DNA of 64,000 nt from Felis catus. Lineage: Eukaryota. The stretch spans positions 215,700,001 through 215,764,000 of the forward strand of contig NC_058368.1 in NCBI RefSeq assembly GCF_018350175.1. Direction: 5' to 3'. The notes under the pieces are model-generated. The model saw only the letters and a list, made by a program, of their open reading frames with translations. It made no database searches and was not told the DNA's origin. The position numbers were made by a program, and so were the translations under genes. Shown piece after piece: positions 36,893 to 50,686 of this stretch (positions are counted from its first letter, which is position 1; every line of letters starts with the position of its first letter).

Positions 36893-37094
36893 AAATTTTT
36901 AACATTATTTATTTTTGAGAGAAACAGAGCATGAGCAGGGAGGGGCAGAGAGAGTGGAAACCCAGAATCCAAAGTAGGCTCCAGGCTCCAAGCTGTCAGC
37001 ACAGAGCTTGATGTGGGGCTCGAACTCATAAGCCGTGAGATCATGACCTGAACCAAAGTCAGCCCCTTAACCAACTGAGCCACCCAGGTGCCCC
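36893..37094 (-). mobile_element. CanSINE
   Basis: Standard body and head caggtgcccc. Confidence 0.93.
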
Positions 37095-37184
37095 TTACCC
37101 TTTTTATTATGGTGATCATGTCACATGTATAAGCATGTGTCAAATATATGAAATATATGAAGTTGAACTTTGAAACTATAATAT

Positions 37185-37556
37185 TCATATAATGAAATAT
37201 AATTTAGCAGGAAACAGGATAAAGTGCTAATGCATGGTGCAATGTGGATAAACCTTGAAAACATGCTAAATGAAAAGGGGCAGGACACAAGGGGCCACAC
37301 ATACTGTATAATTCCGTTTATGTCAGAGGCTTAGAATAGGCAAATCCAAAAAGACAGAAGTGGGTCACTAGTTCCTAGGATATGCAGGTTGCGGGGGGGG
37401 GGGGGCAGGAAATGAGGAATGAGTGCTGGTTGATGAAGATTTTCTAAAATTAGATATTTGTGATGGTTGCACAACTCTGTATATTTTCTCAAAGGCCCTG
37501 AACTGTACACTTTAAAATAGTGAAGTTTATGCTATATAAATTATAGCTCATAAATA
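37185..37556 (+). mobile_element. Old L1 (L1MB/MC-type) 3' end
   Basis: tggataaaccttgaaaacatgctaaatgaaa...gtgatggttgcacaactctgt...gaactgtacactttaaaat. Confidence 0.8.
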
Positions 37557-38451
37557 ACAAACTTACTGTTTAAAAATTACAAGATAGTATGTTGGGACAA
37601 GGTGTAAATGCAAAGATTCATTAAGCACCAATCGATCAATTATCTATCAGTTTGTATATTAGAAATCCATGAATGTTTTGACCTATAGAGTATCAGTGCA
37701 TTTTAGAGTTTACTGGAGGCCTGTATATAACTCTTTTGAAGTGTCAACATTCTAAAATCAATATTGCAAAAGGTCTGCAAACATTTGAGGATTCTTGGCT
37801 TAGCATGGATAAGAGAAAGTGTGGTGGAGAATAAGAACTATTTTAAATATTTTAAAGTCATCCCACAGAAATTCTTTCTGTGGAGGTCCAGAAGCTAGCT
37901 CTAGAATTGGTAAGTGGCAAATTATAAGAAGACAATTTTCATTTGCCAATGTCCTTGCTTCCCATATATTGTTGACTAATTACAAAAAACGGCAAGTCTT
38001 CATCCCTTACTGCATCCACTCTCGTCACAACATAACCTTCCATTTCCTCCAAACAAGCATGGGATCCTTTTTTCCTCCCTTTTGATACTGGACTGACTTC
38101 AGAATCAAACACCTTAGGCTTCAAACAGCCTTATGATTTTTTTTTTCCTCTATTCCTCTTGGATCTCTACCACCATCACGAGCTGATGCTAGCATCCTGG
38201 AATGTCACTGAAAATACAGACCAGATTTCAGGAGTCTTAGTAAAGACCTTTAATATACAAGCCCACATCAGCTAAATCGGAGCTCCTATCCGCAGAACTA
38301 TCAAGATAACCAATAACATTGTGAGAAATAATAAACAATTGTGTAATGCGCTGGTAACTTTGCTGTGTTTTGTTGCTCAACCACAGCTAACTGGTAGAAT
38401 CTACTCATTGATTCCTCTTGGACTGAATAATGAATTAATCTTTATTTATCT

Positions 38452-38660
38452 GGGTGCCTGGGTGGCTCAGTCAGTTAAACATCTGACTCTTGATTTCGGC
38501 TCAGGTCATGATCTCACAGTTTATGAGACTGAGCCCTGCGTCAGGCTCTGTGCTGACAATGTGGAGCTTGCTTGGGATTCTCTCTCTCTCCCTCTCTCTC
38601 TCCCCCTCCACTGTTGGTGCATTCGTTCTTTCTCTCTCAAAATAAATACACTTACAAAAA
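38452..38660 (+). mobile_element. CanSINE
   Basis: Head gggtgcctgggtggctcag; flanking ttaatcttta duplication. Confidence 0.93.
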
Positions 38661-39376
38661 TTAATCTTTACCTAAATACTTCTTTCAGGAGTTATATTAG
38701 AAAATCATTACCTATCTGACAATAGAGACATGCATTTATTCACAACCATTTTTAATATGGCAACCAGTATACAAATTATAGGCGAACTTAATTGAATTTT
38801 AATATCTTGGTAATAATCAAGATACTGTATAATATGTAATGTATATATGATAAAGATATTAAATCATTGTTTAATGGTATATTACATAGAATTTTCTTGC
38901 ATGTTTTGTGTCTTCCTCAATCTATTATAGTTCTTTTTTTGTCTTTCTGAAAGCTTAGCCTTCCTAATATTTTTAACTCTTACATTAATGATGTAGAAGC
39001 ATTTTGTTGGTGATATTTTTGTTGTTTGTTTCAACCCATTCTGATTCTTTCAGCTTTTCAACTTACATTTGAATTATTGAAGATACTTGGCTATTATTTA
39101 AGTTTGAACTCTGAGACTTCTAAACGGTGAGCTTTACATCTTCTTACTTTAACATGATATTATCAATTATTATACCACTCCAATATTTTCTAGATATTTT
39201 TTTTCCAATGTGATCTTCTTGATCATTATTAACCTCTTCTGCCATATTCTTTCTACTTTCACTCAGTTTTTTCACAATAATATGTATTATACAGATGATA
39301 GAGAGACACCTACTAGATAGATACATTACACACATATCAGTGAAGAAGGATTTGTTCTCAATTAAGATTTTGCTGA

Positions 39377-39604
39377 GGGGCGCCTGGGTGGCTCAGTCGG
39401 TTAAGTGTCCGACTTCAGCTCAGGTCATGATCTCACGGTTTGTGAATTCTGAGTTGGAGCCCCGCGTCCAGCTTTGTGCTGACAGATTGGAGCCTGGAGC
39501 CTGCTTCCGGTTTTGTGTCTCCCTCTCTCTTTGCCCCTCCCCTGCTCACGCTCTGTCTTTCCCTCTCTCAAAAATAAATACACATGAAGAAAAATTAAAA
39601 AGAA
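39377..39604 (+). mobile_element. CanSINE
   Basis: Head ggggcgcctgggtggctcagtcgg, CT tract, A-rich tail. Confidence 0.95.
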
Positions 39605-41459
39605 ATTTTACTAACCGAAAAGGCAGGGAAGTGCAGCTGCAGACAACTTTCCTAAGCCATCTCTGAGCCTGAAGGTTATATAATTAAGGTACAATTACAT
39701 ACAATAGTATGAAATACCTTACCTTTGCAAAGTTTTCACGTACATAGATAGTCATGTAAATACTTTCCTAGTGTCTTATCCAGGTCCTTGGAAAAGGCCA
39801 GTGCAAAAGACAGACCGAGCAGCGTAAACTTCAGGAAAATTGTAGTTGTTTGTAACCCTCACTAGGTCTTGGGCTTCTATTTTTCCTCTACACCGAGCTC
39901 TAAATATGGCATTTCTTGAAGTTTTCTCACAGTTTTGTTCCAAATGTTGAGTATGGCTCTGCATCTACCCCACCTTCGTGCCTCCAAGCAGCATGTTGGT
40001 ATTCAGCTTTGAATTGATGAGAAAATTGAATACATGGGGTGTTTTATAACAGCTGGAAACAATGGGTGCCTTCACTTCTTTGTTTCCCCTGCCAATAAAG
40101 ATCGCTTCCTTGCTGAGTCAATGTTACTAATGATGCGGTGCTGTTTCAGCCTATGTGTTTTGGAGTAGAAAAATAATGTGAGAACTGCTAGAATGAAAAT
40201 TACCTTCATTGAAGATGGTAAATAAGTAAATAAACTTGTTACTAATGTGCAAACAATAATGCTTTATTGGAACTGAGAAAGATGATCTCAAAGGCTTTAC
40301 AGATGCTGAAATATGATAGATTAAAAAAAACTTACTAAAGATCGTGCAAAGTTAGGAAGAGTCAATAATAGCGATCTATTTTCTGATAAATTATATCTAT
40401 ATCAAATAGCAAATGTAGATTAAAACAATAAATTGAAGGATGTCAAATTCAAGCTGAAATTTTGCCCTGGCTTTAATATTTTTTAACATTTAGGATGTAA
40501 CACTATTTTTCTCTGTGTGAAAGTATTTACCTACACATATAAGTACACCTATATGGAGAGTTATGTCACTCAAACTTCTCACTCTTACCCTGAGAATCAG
40601 AAATTGGTGTATTACTTCCATCCTAATTATGGATAAGTTTTGGGGGCATATCTTGTCATGGCACAGATTGTGATGTCATCTGAGGCACAGAACTGTAATC
40701 ATTTCACATCTTTTCTGGGGCATCATTTGATCCTTTCTGTAGCAGGCATCTGGGTACAATTTAAACAGAGATGATAATTAGAAGGGAGATTGACACCACT
40801 CATCTGAATAATGCAAAGCATCATTGACATTGTGGGTATAGAACTGGGCCAGAATTTTTTTAATGTGTGATCCAGATTGCTTGCATTATTTTAACTGCTT
40901 GGAATGCTTATTTTTAAAAAAATAATAAAACATTGGATCATGACACAGAAAGATATAAAAGTATCTGAAAGCAGGTTTTGAAAATCTACTTTTAAAGCAT
41001 CTCCAAGTAGCATTATATACATTAATAATACTTATCTAAACACTCTTTCTATAATTCAATATTTGTCTTTGGGAGTTGTGCATTTATAAATGTGTGCATG
41101 TAGGTTTGGTTCAATATTTTCTCACTAAAATGTCATAAAAATTACTCATTTCTATTTTTACCATAACATTTATTAAGGATCCCAAAAGGGATTATGTATT
41201 AAGATATCAAACTAGACCCCTAATTTTTCTTTTGTTCTTGAATTCAGACTTGGAGAGAAATGCAACCTCTGAGTTTTTAAGGTCTGGGGGGAGATGGGTC
41301 CCAGAGCAGGCCAGTCTCTGTGGGAAGGAATAGAATAGAAACAGGTACACTGTTAAGGTTTGAGAATGGTAATATTCTCCTGGAAGATACCAGAAACTTG
41401 CTAAGAAGGAAACAAGTTTAAGAACTGAGGTTGGTCAAAGGACTCATGCACCAGGACTC

Positions 41460-41662
41460 ATGCCTGGGTGGCTCAGTTGATTAGGCATCTGGTTTCAGCT
41501 CAGGTCATGATCTCACAATTTGTGAGCTTGAGGCCTGTGTTGGACTCTGTGCTGACAACTTGGGGCCTGGAAGATGCTTTGGATTCTGTGTCTCCCTCTC
41601 TCTCTCTGCCCCTCCCCCACTGGTGCTCTGTCTCTCTCAAAAATAAGTAACATTAAAAAAAA
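41460..41662 (+). mobile_element. CanSINE
   Basis: tgcctgggtggctcag head, CT tract, A tail. Confidence 0.92.
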
Positions 41663-41739
41663 AGATTTATGCTCAAGTGTTTTCTTCATTTTCCTCTTTT
41701 TTCCCCTTCCATGTTTAAAAGGATATTTGTGCACTGATC

Positions 41740-41873
41740 TATATATACATATATATATACACATATACATATATATGTATATATATACATATATATACAT
41801 ATATATGTATATATATACATATATATGTATATATATGTATATATATGTATGTATATATACGTGTATATATATG

Positions 41874-41905
<32 letters not shown>

Positions 41906-41931
41906 CATATGTATGTATATGTATATATATA
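41740..41931. repeat. Complex (TA)n/(TATG)n microsatellite
   Basis: About 190 bp of alternating purine-pyrimidine repeat. Confidence 0.97.
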
Positions 41932-42040
41932 GTTTTTCATTTACTTTTCTTTAATTATCCTCAATGATGCTAACCCCATGTTTTCATTTAGACTTAAAGG
42001 ATGGGATAATGGGAAAGATTGACTCTTCCACAGCATCACC

Positions 42041-42990
42041 TGTGTTAGGAAAACAGTCTTCACCTGTATTTCTCCTTTAGCCTTACACAAATACCCCTTT
42101 CACAGTACTTCCGACACCAAATGTAGGGGGGGCTTCCCCTGCTAAGCACTTCTCTGCAACATGAGCTGTGTCTCCTACAAGTGAATTCAGTTCAGACGCT
42201 ATCTTCCTGAAGATAGCACCAAATCCCACAGGTTAATGGTTCGGTGCCACAGGACTGCTCCCTCCTCATGTTGGAGGCCAATCAGAAGTCCACATTGTCA
42301 TCTGTGCTTCTCACTGCTTGGCTTTAATTCTAAGACTCCAATGACCTTCTCCTTGGATTTGATTAATTTGCTAGAGCATCTCACAGAACTCAGGAAAATA
42401 GTTACATGTTTCCTAGTTTATTAAAGGATATGATAAAAGATATAGATGAACAGATAGATGAAGAGATACATAGGGTGACATCTAGAAAGATCCCAAGAGC
42501 AGAAACTTCTATGCCAGTGAAGTTGGGGTGTGTCACCCTCCTGAGAAATGGATGAGTTTGCCAACCTAAAAGCTGTCAAAACTCCCATACAATTGGGATT
42601 TTAGCGAAGACTTCGTCACATTGGTATGATTGATCATTTACTCCCTTTCCAGCTCTTCTTCCTTTTCTGGAAAATGTGGCGGGGGGGGGGGTGGTCACCT
42701 GAAAGTTCCGAGCTTCTAACCATGGCTTGGTCTTTCTGGTGTCAAGCCCTCATCCAGGAGTCCATCAAGGGTTGCCTCATCAGAACAAAAGACACTGCTA
42801 GTGCTTTTATCACTTAGAAATTTACAAGGGCTTTAGGAATTCCTGTGTTACAAATGAGGCCAAATGCTCAATTTTAGAATAAAAGATGATCCTAGAGCTC
42901 TTATCATTTGGAACATTTCAAGGGTTTTAGAAACCCTGCACCAGGAATGGGAGGCAGAGACCAATATATGCACATATTTTCTACTATCTC
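42041..42990. mobile_element. MER21-like solo LTR
   Basis: Starts with TG; contains aatttgctagagcatctcacagaactcagg...tttattaaaggatatgataaa...gatgaagagatacatagg, as I recall for MER21-family LTRs. Confidence 0.65.
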
Positions 42991-43989
42991 CTACCTCTTT
43001 TAATACGCACACGCATGGGTCAGAAAACTTTCCCGGAGCTCTTTAATACAGGGTATAAGAAATAAGAAATGAATAGCAACCAAATTACTAGCGTCCCATA
43101 GCAAAACTAAGAACGTTGAATGAGTGGGTTTCCAGGGGTAAGGGAAGGGTGGACCATGTACTAACAGCTGGTAGAGGGATAATTAATAGGGTATTTAAGA
43201 CAAAGCCCCTTTTATAATGTTATTAGAGAAACTCAACCCCCGAATGGGAGTGAGATTAATATTTTATAAACTGTCTATCCATCTCTCCACCTATGAAAAT
43301 GTTTTGTTTTACTTGAGATGACAGTGCAGGAATTGCAAAACATATTACTTGTGCAGACTCTTCCACCTGAGGTGGAAACAGCTCAATATGGGACAAGTAA
43401 CTATCATAGAAGCTAAGATAAAGTGTAGGCTTCTCCTGCCCTAAGCTCTCAACAAGATTTAGAGAGAGAGGAAATGGACATGATACCTGTTTGTTCACTG
43501 AACATGAAGCTTCTCTGTACAATATTGGTTTTGATGTATCCCAACCTCACATAATAAATAATTTTAAGTCATTTTCGATGTCAGATTTTTATTTTTTTTA
43601 GTTCAGGTAGAGAGATCACAAAATCAGTCCAGGAATCAGAAATTGTATAGATAATTTCATTTGTAGTACTTTATAATAGATACTAAAAATCATAAATATT
43701 GCTCATAACTTTTCCAGAATACTTATGAATTAAAGAAAGACTTAACTTTTAAATATTTTCTCATACTGTCACGTTTTAACGCTATTTTCTAGTGCTCAAC
43801 AGAATTGTGTAAATTTATAGGACACCATAGAAAAATGTGATATAGGATCCTTTAGTGCTCTTATAAGCAAATCTGTTTATACACATGCACACACCCATTA
43901 AGTTAGGTTTTGAATGTAGGTTGTGATAGGCTATATTCTTTCTAATTATATATTCCTTTGTGTCTTTCAGGTAGAAAGGAAACAGGAGA

Positions 43990-44290
43990 ATTAAAAAAAA
44001 ATGAGTGCAGACGACACAATGTTACATTAGTTTCAGGTGTACAACATAGGTATTCAACATCTGTACACGTTGTGCTATGTTCACCACAAGTGTACCTACC
44101 ATCTGTCACCATGCATCACTATTACAATATCATTGACTATATTCCCTATGCCATGCCTTTTATTCCCATGACTTAATCATTCTGTAAGTAGAAATCTTTA
44201 TCTCCCATTCCCCTTCATCCATTTTGCCCTCTCTCCACACCCCTTCCCTCTGATAATCATCAGTTTTTTCTTTGTATTTACAGGTCTGAA
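43990..44290 (-). mobile_element. L1 3'UTR fragment (L1MA9/carnivore-type)
   Basis: acacaatgttacattagtttcaggtgtacaacatag...ttacaatatcattgactatattccctatg. Confidence 0.8.
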
Positions 44291-45395
44291 CTATAAAGAG
44301 GAGAACTTTGAACCTAGTATTCTAAACTTGTGTACATCCGTTGAAGTTGACACTTCTCCTAGGTTTCCTAACACAATGCCAAAACTTCATTATTTTTTAA
44401 AAAAAGTGTTTTTAGACTTATACTCTTATATATAACCTTGTTTTTGGCTGGGTCACATATGAGCCAGGAAAGGAAAGGAAAAATCCTTTTGTCTAGAGGA
44501 TGCAAAATTAAGTATACTAGGGAAAAGAGGGTAAGGTGGATTTTTGCCCCCATATTCTAGGTTACAGGTCTGCCTTTGTTTTTCTGTATCATCCTACTAG
44601 AACAATAAACTCATTGAAGAACAAATCCAAAGAACAAAACTAAGGAAAGACAGCATTTATCAGAGATTGCCCAAGCTACCCTCCGAGACTTTCCTGGGTA
44701 GAGTCCTTCCTAAGTAACAGTAATTTCAGACCCATTTTGTAGCACCAATTGCCAGCCAGCAGGTCATGGGTACACACTCATACGCGCACACAAACGTACT
44801 GAAGAGATGACACCAAAGAGGAGATTTTGAAGAACAAAGGAAGCAAAAAATCAAAGATAAAATCCAATAGAACTCCAAATAAGCCACAGTTTATAGATTT
44901 AAAAGTCTTTCTCTTCCTGGAACCATGTAAACCAACCATGAATTTAATCTTGACCCTAATGAAGATCAATAATACTCTTCACCTCATAGAAGGAATTAGA
45001 GGTTGGAATATGCCATTAACTGAACAAACTCAGTTAATACGCATCCATCTGTTTCATTCATCACTTAAAACTTTTTGTAATGTCTGACATTTGTCACACT
45101 TTGTAAAATGTGTATCTTTATTGAGCAAGTATATAGAGTATAGAAGTCAAACTGTGGACCAGAAAGGGAAGCTATGTTCGAGTAGCATAGGTTCAGCTCA
45201 TAAAGAGATGAATCAAGTTAGCAGAATAAGTTTTAAAGTATTAGTAACTCTGAAGTCCATGGTGACATTATAGCCGAGTAGTGCTACTGTCCAAATGTAT
45301 TTATAAAAATGTTAGCTGTTATTTGTACAATCGCAAATGCAATTGAAATAGCCAAGGAAACTTCAAGTGTTTTGAAAGAGCTCGATAAAGAAAAC

Positions 45396-45413
45396 TTTTT
45401 TAAATGTTTATTT

Positions 45414-45453
<40 letters not shown>

Positions 45454-45594
45454 CACAAGTTGAGGAGGAGCAGAGAAAAAGGGAGGCTCTGAGCTGTTAG
45501 CTCAAAACCTGACACGGGGCTCAAACTCACGAACTGTGAGTTCATGACCTGAGCTGAAGTCAGATGCTTAACTGACTGAGCCACATAGGCGCCC
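45396..45594 (-). mobile_element. CanSINE with (GA)n tract
   Basis: TSD aagaaaacttt on both sides. Confidence 0.93.
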
Positions 45595-46589
45595 AAGAAA
45601 ACTTTCTTAAACCAAGATTTGTTATCGAATTGAGAAACAAAAGCAGAGCCAGAAGATGATGCACAATTTATAAATATGAATAGTGTTGAATTATTTGGGA
45701 CAACTCAACTGGTGTTACACCTGGTTGGGTCTTCTTCCTCTTTAACTGAACTTCCTTAAAGTCCAGGTCTTGTGGCAGCACACCTAAGGAAAATGTTGAA
45801 TTTAAAGAGAAGAATACACTTGCCCAGGCCACTACTTCCCCCTGAATCAGTACAGAAAGGAGGACTGCAGAAGTAGAAGAATCAAATATCTTACGTCAAT
45901 ACATTAGCTGTTTCCAGTTTAGAGCTGACACCATTTTGTTTCTTCCCAAGCAGGAAACCCACCTATGTGTAGTGGAGAAGAACAGGGATTTTCAGAAAGA
46001 GTACAGAAGTGTACTGGGAAATCTGTTTCCACCATAACTGGAAATTAGAAAATAGTATTCCCATCTCAACAAAAGACTAGAAGCAAGAAAGTATTCACAG
46101 GCAAATATAATCACTATCAAAAACAAGATTTCTAGCAATCAGCACACTCCATTTTAATTTATTTATTCTTCTTGAAATCGTGAAAATTTAAATATGTGAT
46201 AACACATGAATAGCCACTGGCAGCATAGAAGAGGGTTGGGTTCTCTGTTATTTGAATAAGTAGGGATGATTCTGCCAAAATACAGTGGATACAAATAACA
46301 TTAAAAATGGTTATAATGAGAGTGGATTTATAATAATTTTGTAAACTTCATCTGTATGTACACTAATACAGATATCTACATATGTAATATATCTAAATAT
46401 ATTTAGATGTTTATTTAATTGATGTATATATTAACATATATATTATATAATATAATATGTAATATACATATATTAGCATATATATGTGAATGCTTACTCT
46501 TACACACAAAACAATTAAAATTTATCAGAGATATAAAGCCAAACTCATTTTTATCAGAATAAACTGGATTTAGTGGAAAGTAAGCTATT

Positions 46590-46790
46590 AATTTTTTTTA
46601 ATTTTTTTATATTTATTTATTTTTGAGACAAACAGAGCATGAGTTAGGGAGGGGCAGAGAGAGAGGTAGATACAGAATCCGAAGCAGACTCCAGGCTCTG
46701 AACGGTCAGCGCAGAACCCAACGTGGGGCTGGAACCCACCAACCTGAGCCAAAGTCAGATGCTTTAGCGACTGAGCCACCCAGGCGCCCC
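46590..46790 (-). mobile_element. CanSINE with internal deletion, tandem to the next SINE
   Basis: Lacks the gagatcatg segment (ggaacccaccaacctgagcc). Confidence 0.92.
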
Positions 46791-46794
46791 TAAA

Positions 46795-47007
46795 TTTTTT
46801 TTAATGTCTATTTATTTTTGAGAGAGACAGAGAGACAGAGAGTGAGCGCTAGAGGGGCAGAGATAGAGGGAGACACAGAATCCGAAGCGAGCTGCAGGCT
46901 CTGAGCTGGTTAACACAGAGCCCAATGCGGGGCTTGAACCTATGAACTGTGAGGTAGTGACCTGAGCTGAAGTCGAAGCCTTAGCCGACTGAGCCACCCA
47001 GGTGCCC
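46795..47007 (-). mobile_element. CanSINE
   Basis: Standard body and head caggtgccc. Confidence 0.93.
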
Positions 47008-48660
47008 AGAGAGCAAATTATTAATAAACATTTTACTGGAGAAAATTACTTCTGGCTATGCTATAGTTTTCGACAGGCTCATGTAGTTATTTATGCTATA
47101 TTTGAAAGGTGGTACTTTTTACCTTCAGTGTAAGCAGACATTAGACTTTGCTTACACAAAGAAAACACAGAGTACAACTTAAAGGAAGAAAATCATCTCT
47201 TGAAAGTTTGACACTAGTCATTTGCCAACTATGTTCCAACAAACACAAAATAGTTCATATAAAATAATTAGGGGAAAAAAGCATAATGTCACTAAGCTTG
47301 CAATGCCTATTTACTTCCCCTGAATAAATAAAAGGATTGAAGCAAGTGAAAAATCATCCATTTCGGCCGAATGAGAATGTTTGGTGAGGAGAAAATGTTC
47401 CCCGAACTTTAAGCACTCTAAATTCACCAGCTAGTCTTATTTCAACAATCATCTTATTCTGCTTTCTGAACACATGCATATGCTGCCTAATGGAAAATAA
47501 GTATTTCATCTCGAAGACTGAAATCAAGGTTTTTACTTTAATCACTCACGACAGAAACATAGTAAATTCTTGCAAAGGCATAGCATTATCTGATGGGGAC
47601 ACACAAGAACTGTGCTCCAGTGGGCTGCAGGAATCCACAGCTGTTTTGCCCACAGTAACTTGAAGTCGTCCATGATTACAAAATGTGTTATGAACATAAA
47701 AAGGCTTCTTAGAGTTTAGGATTTTATTAGGTGCAGCCCCTAAATTTAATTTAAATTGTGTTTAAAATTTGTTTTTGGAATTTGTCCTTTCAAATTTCAG
47801 TTCAGATTATTCTTTCTATTCAGACATATTTCTAAAGTTGGATTCCATTTTCATTTGGTTAAAGCTTATTGAGATATAATTCACATATCAAAATTCGCCC
47901 TTTTAAAATGTACTAATTAGGGATTTCTAGTATATCCATGGTGTTGTGTGATTGTTACCATTATTTAATTCCAGAATATTTCCATCATACTATGGCAAAT
48001 TCCCATGTCCATGACAATTATTACACATCCTTAGCTCTCCCTAGCCCCTGGCAAATTCTAACATACTTCTGTCTCTAGGAATTTGCCGATTTTGACCTTT
48101 CCTATAAATGGATTCATAAAATATGTAGTTTTTTTGTCTGGCTTCTTTCATTTAGCATAATTTTTCATGACTCATCCAGGTTTTAGAATGCATCAGAGCT
48201 CTATTCCTTTTTATTGGTAAATTGTGTTTTATTGCATCAATATTCCACATTTTTCTAGCCCATTCAACAGGTGATCGATTTGGGTTGTTTACAAGTTTTG
48301 GTTATTATTAATAATGCTGTTATCAATTTTGTATGCAATTTTTGTGAAGATACATGTTTTCAATACTCTCGGGTATATAAGTAGGGATAGCATTGCTGGA
48401 TCATATAGAGACGTATTTAGTCTTTTGAGGATGGCCAAATTGTCTGCCAGAGTGGCTCCACTATCTTACATTCCCAGTAGCATGGAAGTCTCACCAGTAG
48501 GAGAGTCCCAATTTCTTATATCCTTGACAAAACTCATTTTGCCGTTTTTATTCTAGCCATCTTATCAGATGTGAAGTGATATTTCATAGTGGCTTGATTT
48601 GCACTTACATAACAAATAATGATGTTGAGCATCTTTTCATATATTTATTGCTCATGCATC

Positions 48661-48872
48661 TTTTTTTTTTAACGTTTATTTATTTTTGGGACAGAGAGAG
48701 ACAGAGCATGAACGGGGGAGGGGCAGAGAGAGAGGGAGACACAGAATCGGAAACAGGCTCCAGGCTCTGAGCCATCAGCCCAGAGCCCGACGCGGGGCTC
48801 GAACTCCCGGACCGCGAGATCGTGACCTGGCTGAAGTCGGACGCTTAACCGACTGCGCCACCCAGGCGCCCC
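48661..48872 (-). mobile_element. Young felid SINE (SINEC_Fc-type)
   Basis: CpG-intact; TSD ctcatgcatcttttt. Confidence 0.97.
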
Positions 48873-49482
48873 AACTCATGCATCTTTTTAATAAAAATCT
48901 ATGTTCATATTCTTTGTCCTTTTTTTTCCTCATATTGGGGTTGTTTGCATTTTCATTGTTAAATTGCAAGAATTCTTCACATATGTTAGATACAGGTCTA
49001 TTGTCATATGTATGATCTGGTAATATTTACCCCAATCTGGTAAGGTTATCTTTTTAATTTCTTGATGGTGTCCTTAAAGCAAAAAAATGTCTTTAACTTT
49101 TGACAATGTCCAATTTGCCCGTTATTTTCTGTCATTTTTGCTTTGGGTATCATAGCTACAAAATTCTTGTTTAAGTCAAGATCATGAAGAATTGCTCTAA
49201 TTTTTTTTTTCTGAGAGTTGCATGGTTTTAGGTCCTACATTTATCTATGTGATATATTTTGAATTAATTTGTGTACATGGGATGAGGTAAGGGTTCTTTT
49301 GCATTCTTTTGTACGTGGTGACCCAGTGGTACCCATACCATTTGTTGAAATGACTATTCCTTTGCCTTCGGAATTGTTACTGTATCCTTGTCAGAAATCA
49401 ATTGACCATAAATATAATGACTTTGGATTCTCAATTATATTCAATATATGTAATCCTATCCTTATTAAAGTACCTCACTGTT

Positions 49483-50320
49483 AGAGAGGATGACAGCAAG
49501 ATGACAGTCTAAGAGGTCTTAGCACTCATTGCCCCACACAAAAACAATAATTTAAGACACCTTTAATGGGTGAAATAGCTCTTGGAGACCTTAATCAGTA
49601 TACAGTCAGGAAGCTGCAACAACCCGATAGGACACAAAAAATATGAGAATGGTTGCATAGCGAAGTTTAGGAAGACATCTCATCCCCCACGCTGAGGTAT
49701 GTTGTCCCCCACGCTGACGCAACTTGGCACCAAGACAAATCCTCTCGGCCATGGTTGTCCTCATGGGGGAAGTTGTGTTATTTTGTTTTGTTTTGTTTTG
49801 TTTGTGTGTGGCTTTTTTTGTTTGTTTGTTTGTTTGGTGTTGGTGGGGATGGTTATTACTGCTTGAATCTCATTATTTTTTATTGGTCTATTCTAGGTTT
49901 TCTATTCCTCTTGACTCAGTTTTGGTAAGTTGTAAGTTTCTAGGAATTTATCCATTTCTTCTAGGTTACACAATTTGTTGACATATAATTGTCGAGGGCA
50001 ATGGGGAAAGAACAAATGAGGAGATGTTGGTCAAGGGAGACAAAATTTCACTTATATTAAGATTTGGTTCTGGCGATGTGATTATTAACAACACCGTTCT
50101 GTATACTTGGAATTCACTAAGAGGATTGATCTTGTGTTCTCTCCACTGAAGAGACAGAGAGAGGAGAGAGAGAAAGTGATAATTATGTGAAGTGAAGGAT
50201 ATAGTAATTAGTTTGCTTCTGGCGACTATTTCAAAGGGTATATTATGTCAGAACACCAAGTTGCATACCTTAAATATGTTTATTACTGATTAACTATATG
50301 TCAATGAAATTGAAAAAAAT
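49483..50320 (+). mobile_element. Rearranged L1 insertion nested in the old L1 (5'UTR-like start, inverted ORF2 piece, 3' end)
   Basis: caagatgacag 5'-end-like motif at about 49497; antisense ORF2 text at about 49850-49992; sense 3'UTR at 49993-50320. Confidence 0.55.
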
Positions 50321-50651
50321 TAAAATTACCATGCTGTTTTGATTAGTGTGGTTTGCAGTAACTTTCAAATTTGTGAGGTGTGAGCCATTCTGCTTTATTC
50401 TTTGTGAAAAGATTTAGTTACTCTGAATCCATTGCATTTCTGTGAAATTTCTTGAAACGTTTCTTTTAATGGTAGTAGGTCTTCTGATCTTAAACATACG
50501 ATAGCCTTACATTTATTTGAATATTATTTCATTTCTTTCAACCTTTTTAGTACTTTTCTGTGTATCAGTCTTGGACTACTTTTAATTATTACTAAATATT
50601 TTATTCTTTTGATTCTGTTTTTGTTTTTTAAGGGAAATCATTCTCTTTTAC

Positions 50652-50654
50652 TGC

Positions 50655-50686
<32 letters not shown>

